A stretch of DNA of 64,000 nucleotides from an uncultured Rickettsiales bacterium (GTDB lineage: Bacteria; Myxococcota_A; UBA796; UBA9615), in assembly GCA_964512225.1 (NCBI GenBank), contig CAZEKB010000033.1:424-64423 (forward strand), written 5' to 3'. Positions 57,051 through 64,000 of the stretch are shown here, piece by piece. The translations under genes and the position numbers were made by a program. Every line of letters starts with the position of its first letter. Within the stretch, counting starts at the first letter, position 1. The notes under the pieces were generated by a model, which was not told the origin of the DNA, searched no databases, and saw only the letters and a list, made by a program, of their open reading frames with translations.

Positions 57051-59750
57051 TCAGGCTCCCAGGCGCTCCACGCGCACCGCGCAGACCTTGTACTCGCCCG
57101 TCCCGGTGACGGAGTCGCCCGCGTCGTTGGTGAGGCGGTTGGTGATCGCGTCGGGGAAGTGCAGCGGCATCCACACGCACCCGCGGCGCATGCGCGCGCT
57201 CTCCCAGACCTGCGCCTCGATCGCCCCGCGCCGGGAGACGACCTTCACCGTCTGGCGGTCGCTCAGCCCCAGCCGACGGATGTCGCGCCGGTGCATCTCG
57301 ATGAAGTTGGTGGGTTGCTTCGCCATCGCGCCGTCCGCGCGCAGTGTCTGCGTGCCCGCGTTGTAGTGGTATAGCGTGCGGCCGGTGGACAGGACCAGGG
57401 GGTACTCGTCGTCGGGCAGCTCGTCCGACGGCCGGAACGCCACGCCCTGGAACGGTGCCTTGCCCTTGAGGGGGCCGTCGCCGTGCAGGGTGGGGGTGCC
57501 GGGGTGGTCCGGCGTGGGGCACGGCCACTGCAGACCGCCCTCGGCCTCGATGCGCTCGTGGCTGATCCCGCCGAACTTGTCCGCCAGCGACGCCATCTCC
57601 GCGTAGACCTCGGCCGGGCTCGCGTACCGCGGCATGTCGTACCCGCACGCCCGGGCGAGATCGGCGACGATCTCCCAGTCCGCGCGCGCCTGCCCCGGCG
57701 GCTCCACCGCCTTGCGGACCCGCTGCACCCGCCGGTCGGAGTTCGTGAACACGCCCTCCTTCTCGGCGAAGCAGGCGGCCGGGAGCACGACGTCGGCGAA
57801 CTGCATCGTGACCGTGGGCAGGATGTCCTGCACGACCACGAACTCGCAGAGGTTGAGGCCCATCTCCACCTGGGAGGCGTTGGGCTCGCTCAGGACGATG
57901 TCCTCGCCCATCACGTAGAGGCCCTTGACCTTCCCCTTCGTGAGCTCCTTCATCATGACGTTGAGGTTGAGCCCGTCGTGGGGCGACAGGGGCACACCCC
58001 AGGCCTCCTCGAACTTCGCCCGCGCCGCCGGGTCCGTCACCTTCTGGTAGCCGGGATAGAAGACCGGCGAGGCCCCCGCGTCGTTGGCCCCCTGCACGTT
58101 GTTCTGCCCGCGCAGGGGGTTCATGCCCGCGCTGCGGATGCCCAGGTGGCCCGTCATCAGGACGAGGTTGGCGAGGCTGTAGACGTTGTCCGTGCCGTGC
58201 GTGTGTTCGGTGATCCCCAGCGTGTAGTAGATGCCGGCCTTGCGCGTCGTGGCGTACATGCGCGCGGCCTCGCGGATGTCGTCCGCGGGGCAGCCGGTGA
58301 CCTCCTCGGCCCACTCCGGCGTGGTCTCGGCGACGGCCGCCACGACGTCCTCGAAGTGTTCGGTGTGCTCCGCGATGAAGTCCTTGTCGTGCAGCCCCTC
58401 TTCGATGATCACGTGGGCCATGGCCGTGAGCAGCGCGACGTCCGTGCCCGGCCGCAGCTGCAGGTACACGTCGGCGATCTCGGACAGCCAGATCGCCCGC
58501 GGGTCCGCGACGATCAGCTTGCTGCCGCGCAGCTTCGCCCGCTTCATCTCCATCGCGATGATGGGATGCGCCTCGGTGGTGTTCGAGCCGATGACGAACA
58601 TCAGCTCCGTGTCGCGGATCTCGGGGATCGAGTTGGTCATCGCCCCCGCGCCGAACATGGTCACCAGACCGGCGACCGTCGGAGCGTGTCAGGTGGCCGC
58701 GCACTGGTGGCAGTTGTTGGTCCCGAACGCGGCCCGGGCCAGCTTCTGCACCAGGTAGTTCTCTTCGCCCGTGCACCGCGACGAGCTGATGAAGCCCAGG
58801 GAGTCGGCGCCGTGGCGCTCCGCGACGCCCATGAGGCCGTCCGCCGCCGCGCGGATCGCTTCGTCCCAGGTCGCGGGGACGAGCTCGCCGTTCTTCCGCA
58901 CGAGGGGGGTCGTGAGCCGGTCCTCGTGGTGGATGAACTCGTAGGCGAAGCGGCCCTTCACGCACAGGTTGCCGTCGTTGACCGTCGTGCCCGGGGGCGG
59001 ACTCGTGACGCGGACGACCCGGCCGTCGCGGACGTGCACGTCCATCTGGCAGCCCACGCCGCAGAAGTTGCACGTCGTGCGGACGCGCTCCTCGGCATCG
59101 ATGGCCATGCCCACGAGCTTCTTCTCGGACATCGCCCCGGTGGGGCAGGTGTCGATGCAGCCGCCGCAGAGCTCGCACGTGGAGTCGAGCAGGGATACCT
59201 GATCGGCCGTGGCGATCGTGGTCGACGCGCCTCGGCCCGCGAGCGTGATCGCGGACACGCCCTCGACCTCGTCGCAGTAGCGGACGCAGCGGGCGCAGCT
59301 GATGCAGCTCTCCGGGTCGAAGTGGATGTAGGGGTTCGGGTCCTCCCGGCCCTCGCGCTTCGCGTGGATCGGCGTGTAGGTGGGGCCGGTGCCGTAGGTG
59401 CCCACGTGGGTTCGCACGTCGTTCACGGGCCCGCGCTCGACGGGCAGGCCGTCGACGTCCAGGGGCGCGTCCGCGAGGTAGAGGCTCAGGAGGTTGCGGC
59501 GGTGACGCTGGACGCGCTCGGAGCCGGTCGTGACCTCGAGGCCCTCGCTGACCTTGTAGGCGCACGCGGGCTGCATGCGGCGTTGGTCGCTGACCTCCAC
59601 GAGGCACATGCGGCAGGCGCCCGTGGGGGCCAGGCGCTCGTCGTGGCACAGCGTGGGGATCTCGATCCCGAGCCGCGCGGCGACGTCCTGGACGGTCTCG
59701 CCCGAGCGCGCGGCGACGACGTGACCGTCGATGGTGATCGAGATGCTCAT
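57051..59750 (-). CDS. fdhF: Formate dehydrogenase alpha subunit (Mo/W-bisPGD), selenocysteine at residue 354
   Basis: ORFs 58689..59750 and 57051..58664 share a frame and join through TGA 58689-58691, giving CAAT-U-HAPTVAGL; N-terminal 2Fe-2S and 4Fe-4S motifs; PLRGQNNVQG. Confidence 0.93.
58659..58677 (-). promoter_or_regulatory. Putative SECIS element of fdh
   Basis: GGUCGCCG-GUC-UGGUGACC hairpin (two G-U pairs) starting 11 nt after the UGA, like E. coli fdhF. Confidence 0.75.
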
Positions 59751-59762
59751 CGGCCGACCAGT

Positions 59763-60575
59763 CTACCGCCCGCGGGCCTCTCTGGGATCCCCGGCCTGCA
59801 CCGCGGCGAGCCGCTCCAGGACGACCGGCCACCCCCCCAGCACCGCGTCCGCCGCCTCGAGGCGGGTCGTGGCGGCCGCGCGGTCTCCCCGGCGGAGATC
59901 GAGCTCCGCCAGCTGCAGGTGGAGCCACGCCGCGGGCTCGGCGGGTCGACCGTCGTAGGCGTCGAGGGCGTCGCGGAAGGAGCCCTCGGCGGCGTCGAGG
60001 TCGCCCAGGTCCACGTAGAGCAGCCCGAGCGCGGCGAACGCCCCGGAGGTGGGCGCGGCGGCGACCGACGCGTCGAGGAGGCGGCGCGCGTCGGCGAGGT
60101 CGCCCCGACCCCGCGCCAGGGAGCCGCGCTGCAGGAGCATCGCCGACTGCTCGGGCCGGATCCCCGCGGGCCACGCGGCCACGACGTCGAGGTCGGCGGC
60201 GGCCTCTGCGTGCCGGTGCATCGTCCGGTGCAGGCCCGCGCGCACGAAGAACGGGCCGGACCCGGCGGGGGCCCGGTCGAACGCCTGCTCCAGGAGGTCT
60301 TCGGCGCGCGCCCGGTCCTCGCCCGACCGGGTGAGGCGGGCCCGGCGCAGGACGGCCGCGGCGGCGTGCTCGAGGTCCACCCAGGACGTCGGGTCCGCCT
60401 CCGCGCGGGCGATGGCGGCGGCGACGGCGGCGTCGACGGCGGCCAGCTCGTCTCCGTAGGCCACGGGCGCGCGGGCGGGCGCGGACCAGGGGACGGGGGT
60501 CGCCTCGACGGGCGGCGGGGCCGGACCGCGGCAGCCCGCGCCGACGATCGCGGCCGCGATCAGTGCGAGGCGCAT
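59763..60575 (-). CDS. TPR-repeat lipoprotein
   Basis: GAGC lipobox; helical Ala-rich TPR-like repeats. Confidence 0.75.
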   Translation of the reverse strand: MRLALIAAAIVGAGCRGPAPPPVEATPVPWSAPARAPVAYGDELAAVDAAVAAAIARAEADPTSWVDLEHAAAAVLRRARLTRSGEDRARAEDLLEQAFDRAPAGSGPFFVRAGLHRTMHRHAEAAADLDVVAAWPAGIRPEQSAMLLQRGSLARGRGDLADARRLLDASVAAAPTSGAFAALGLLYVDLGDLDAAEGSFRDALDAYDGRPAEPAAWLHLQLAELDLRRGDRAAATTRLEAADAVLGGWPVVLERLAAVQAGDPREARGR

Positions 60576-60585
60576 CCGCGGGGGA

Positions 60586-61302
<717 letters not shown>

Positions 61303-61304
61303 CG

Positions 61305-61904
61305 CTACTCCCTCCCCGTGGTGGCCCACACGTCGATCGTGCCGGACGCGGGCAGCTCGACGGCGATGACCATGACGTTGCGCCCGGCGAAGAAGTCGCG
61401 CGTGCCGTCGAAGGCGATGGTCGCCGTCGCGAGCGTGTCGGTGAAGCCCTGGTAGTCGAAGAAGAAGGGATCGTCCGCGAGGCCCGCCCAGACCTTGTTG
61501 CCCGAGCCGGTGATCGTGGTCTCCACCGGACCCTCGAGCACGGTGGTCGCGGAGAGGCCGAAGGTCGCCTGCACGCCCCAGTCGCTCGCGCCGTTCTGCC
61601 CGAACCGGACGGACACCGTCTCGTCCGCGACCCCGTCGGCGTTCGTATCGACGTGCACCTCGTAGAGCGCCTCGTCGTCGTAGACGGGGGCCCCGCCATC
61701 GCCCAGCGCCGGGATCAGCGGGTTGAACGTCACGATCGCGGTGAGGGTGCCCGAGTCGACCCACGCGTAGAGGTCGGCGATGTCGGTGACGGGGTCTGCC
61801 TGGGTCCCCGGCGCTTCGGCGTGATCGGCCGCGTCCGGCGTGGAGATGCCGATCGCGGCGGCGCCCAGGAGGGCCGCCGCGGTCGCCGCGAGTCGCACCT
61901 TCAT
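61305..61904 (-). CDS. DUF4331-like secreted protein (N-terminal-type motifs)
   Basis: ADH.EAP.....P..DI.DLYAW, Y..HVD, G..DDPFFFD, D.FAG.NV..I..E. Confidence 0.8.
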   Translation of the reverse strand: MKVRLAATAAALLGAAAIGISTPDAADHAEAPGTQADPVTDIADLYAWVDSGTLTAIVTFNPLIPALGDGGAPVYDDEALYEVHVDTNADGVADETVSVRFGQNGASDWGVQATFGLSATTVLEGPVETTITGSGNKVWAGLADDPFFFDYQGFTDTLATATIAFDGTRDFFAGRNVMVIAVELPASGTIDVWATTGRE

Positions 61905-63430
61905 CCCTGCTCCTCGCTCCGGCGGAACCGCTCGGGGAAGTACTTGATCGCCGACCGGATCGGCAGCGAGGCGACCATGCCGAGGCCGCAGATCGAGCCC
62001 TCGTCCATCTCCCAGTGCAGCTCGTCGACGTTCGCCAGCACCGAGGCGTCGTCGGTGCTCAGGAACTCGTCGGTCACCTTGCGTTGCACCCTGCAGCCGA
62101 CGCGGCACGGCGTGCATTGGCCGCAGGACTCGTCCTCGAAGAACACCTGCTGCCACAGCGCGGCCCGGGCGATGTCGACGGTGTCGTTCAGCACGACGAC
62201 CCCCGCCGAGCCGAGCATCGAGCCCGCGTCCGTCAGGCCCTTGAAGTCCAGCGGTCGGTCCCGCATGGACATGGGCAGGAAGCCCGAGCTCGCGCCCCCG
62301 GGCGAGAACGCCAGGGGGGTGCCGACGTAGCCGCCCGCGGCCTCGACCAGCTCGTCCAACGACACCCCGAGGGGCAGCTCGTAGGTCCCCGGCTTCGCCA
62401 CGTGCCCGGAGACGCAGTACAGCTTGCTCCCCGGCTCCGTCCGCCCCTGCGCCGCGAACGCCTCGCCGCCGCTGCGGACGATGTACGGGACGCACGCGAG
62501 CGTCTCCACGTTGTTCATGAGCGTCGGCTTGCCCCACAGCCCCTCGTCGGTGGGGTAGGGGGGCTTGAGTCGCGGCATGCCGCGACGACCCTCGATCGCC
62601 TCGAGCAGCGCGGTCTCTTCACCGCAGATGTAGGCCCCGTGCCCCGTCACGATCTTCACGTCCAGGTCGTCCAGGAACCCGCGCCCGGTCGCCTCTTCGA
62701 TCGCCCCCTCGAGGGCGCGCTTGCTCGCCGGGAACTCGCCCCGGACGTAGATGAACAGGGTGGTCGCCCCCACGGCGAAGCAGGCGATGACGGCGCCCTC
62801 GAGCATCAGCCCGGGCCGTTCGATCATCACCGCGCGGTCCTTGAAGGTGCCGGGCTCTCCTTCGTCGGCGTTGACCACGACGTACCTGGTGGGCTCGGTG
62901 TGCCGCGCCACCGCGTTCCACTTGAAGCCCGCCGGGAACCCGGCCCCGCCCCGGCCCTGCAGGCCCGAGGCGTCGATCGCCTCGCGCACGGCGCCCGGCC
63001 CCATGGCCCGGGCGGCGGCCAACGCGGGCCAGGTGGGATCGTCGCGGCCGGCGAGGTTCATCGGCAGCGTCGGGTCCGCGGGGGTGAGGGCTCCCGGGGG
63101 GCCGGAGCGGGCGGTGTCCAGGTTCCTGTCGACCGCGACGGGAGCCCGGTCGCACCGGCCGAGGCAGCTCACCTCCTCGCAGGAGAGCCCCTCGGCGCGC
63201 ACCCGGCCGGCGAGGGCGTCGGAGCCCGCCATCTTGCAGGACAGGCCGTGGCAGACGCGCACGTCCACGTCCGGGCGGTCGATGAGCGAGTAGAAGGTGG
63301 CGACGCCGTACACGTCGGCGGCGGGCACGCCCGTCGCGCGGGACACGACCTCGGCCGAGCCCGGCACGTTCCCCCCGTGCTCCTCGAGCAGCTCGAGCAC
63401 CTCGTGTCGTTGGGCACCCTTTCGCTCCAT
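61901..63430 (-). CDS. NuoE/NuoF-like fused NAD(H)-binding subunit of FDH
   Basis: VC.G.SC...CLGRC (2Fe-2S), GRGGAGFP.G.KW, NADEGEPGTFKDR, GAYICGEETALL, ESCGQCTPCR.G...CGLG. Confidence 0.92.
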   Translation of the reverse strand: MERKGAQRHEVLELLEEHGGNVPGSAEVVSRATGVPAADVYGVATFYSLIDRPDVDVRVCHGLSCKMAGSDALAGRVRAEGLSCEEVSCLGRCDRAPVAVDRNLDTARSGPPGALTPADPTLPMNLAGRDDPTWPALAAARAMGPGAVREAIDASGLQGRGGAGFPAGFKWNAVARHTEPTRYVVVNADEGEPGTFKDRAVMIERPGLMLEGAVIACFAVGATTLFIYVRGEFPASKRALEGAIEEATGRGFLDDLDVKIVTGHGAYICGEETALLEAIEGRRGMPRLKPPYPTDEGLWGKPTLMNNVETLACVPYIVRSGGEAFAAQGRTEPGSKLYCVSGHVAKPGTYELPLGVSLDELVEAAGGYVGTPLAFSPGGASSGFLPMSMRDRPLDFKGLTDAGSMLGSAGVVVLNDTVDIARAALWQQVFFEDESCGQCTPCRVGCRVQRKVTDEFLSTDDASVLANVDELHWEMDEGSICGLGMVASLPIRSAIKYFPERFRRSEEQG

Positions 63431-63470
63431 GACGGGAGTGTACAGCCGCGTCCGGACCGTGCTCTAGAGT

Positions 63471-63911
63471 GTGCGGATGCTCGCGTACGTACTGCTCGTC
63501 GACGACAACCCCCTGGACAACCTGCTGCACCGGCGAGCGTTGCTCTCCTCCGGAGTGGTCTCCGGGGACGATCACAGCCTCACCGCGTCCGACGGACGCG
63601 ACGCCTTCGAGCTCCTGGAGCGCGGGCGGGACGAGGGGGCGGCGTGGTTCCCACCGGATCTGATCCTGGTGGACCTGCACATGCCCCGGATGGACGGCGT
63701 CGAGTTCGTCGAGGCGGCCACGCCCCTGCTCAACGGTGAGTCGCGGAAGAGCACGATCGTGCTGATGGTCACCAGCACGCAGGACGCCCAGGACCGCGCC
63801 CGGATCGACACGTCGACGGGGATCCACGAGTACGTCCCGAAGCCGCTGCGCAAGGAGCAGGCGATCGAGCTCGTGCGGCGCCACGCCGCGGCGGTGGGGT
63901 CAGCCGGCTGA
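63471..63911 (+). CDS. Single-domain response regulator
   Basis: LLVDD, DLILVDLHMPRMDG, T and KP conserved. Confidence 0.9.
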   Translation: MRMLAYVLLVDDNPLDNLLHRRALLSSGVVSGDDHSLTASDGRDAFELLERGRDEGAAWFPPDLILVDLHMPRMDGVEFVEAATPLLNGESRKSTIVLMVTSTQDAQDRARIDTSTGIHEYVPKPLRKEQAIELVRRHAAAVGSAG

Positions 63912-64000
63912 GTCGAGCGCCAGCGCCGTCCGGAGCGCGGCCGCGGATCGTCTCTGCAGGTCGATCAGGTCTCGCACGTCGGCCGGGGCGGGCACCTCGC
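63900..64000 (-). CDS. 3' end of an unidentified CDS running off the window
   Basis: Open frame EVPAPADVRDLIDLQRRSAAALRTALALDSAG* converging on the response regulator. Confidence 0.35.
   Translation of the reverse strand, partial: EVPAPADVRDLIDLQRRSAAALRTALALDSAG

Noticed and set aside
57051-59750. Split or pseudogenised formate dehydrogenase
   Set aside because: The stop is at the canonical Sec position and both halves are intact and in frame

Overview
A very GC-rich bacterial chromosome segment, most like Myxococcota or related deltaproteobacteria. That placement is an inference from MYXO-CTERM-like C-termini, a CglF/GltF-like gene and many Asp-rich lipoproteins. It holds about 60 densely packed genes. 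I saw no rRNA, tRNA, CRISPR array, integrase or transposase. Main points: (1) A candidate undescribed natural-product locus at about 43.5-54.7 kb. It has a TetR-isonitrile synthase (PvcA/IsnA) fusion, a TauD-type dioxygenase (PvcB/IsnB)-UbiA prenyltransferase fusion, three copies of a 12-bp operator-like palindrome, a divergent DMT/amidase/ZIP-like operon and a downstream ABC export module. (2) Two genes split by the ORF track at in-frame TGA codons look like selenoproteins, each with a SECIS-like hairpin: a surface redoxin (W-U-G-S-C) and a formate dehydrogenase alpha subunit. (3) The FDH operon has DUF4331-like and TPR genes inserted between its subunits. (4) Two genes appear to need CTG starts overlapping the upstream TGA. 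(5) A small repeat-bounded insert carries a ParB-like gene, an antitoxin and a frameshifted ParE toxin. All product calls come from motif recognition by eye; no database searches were run.
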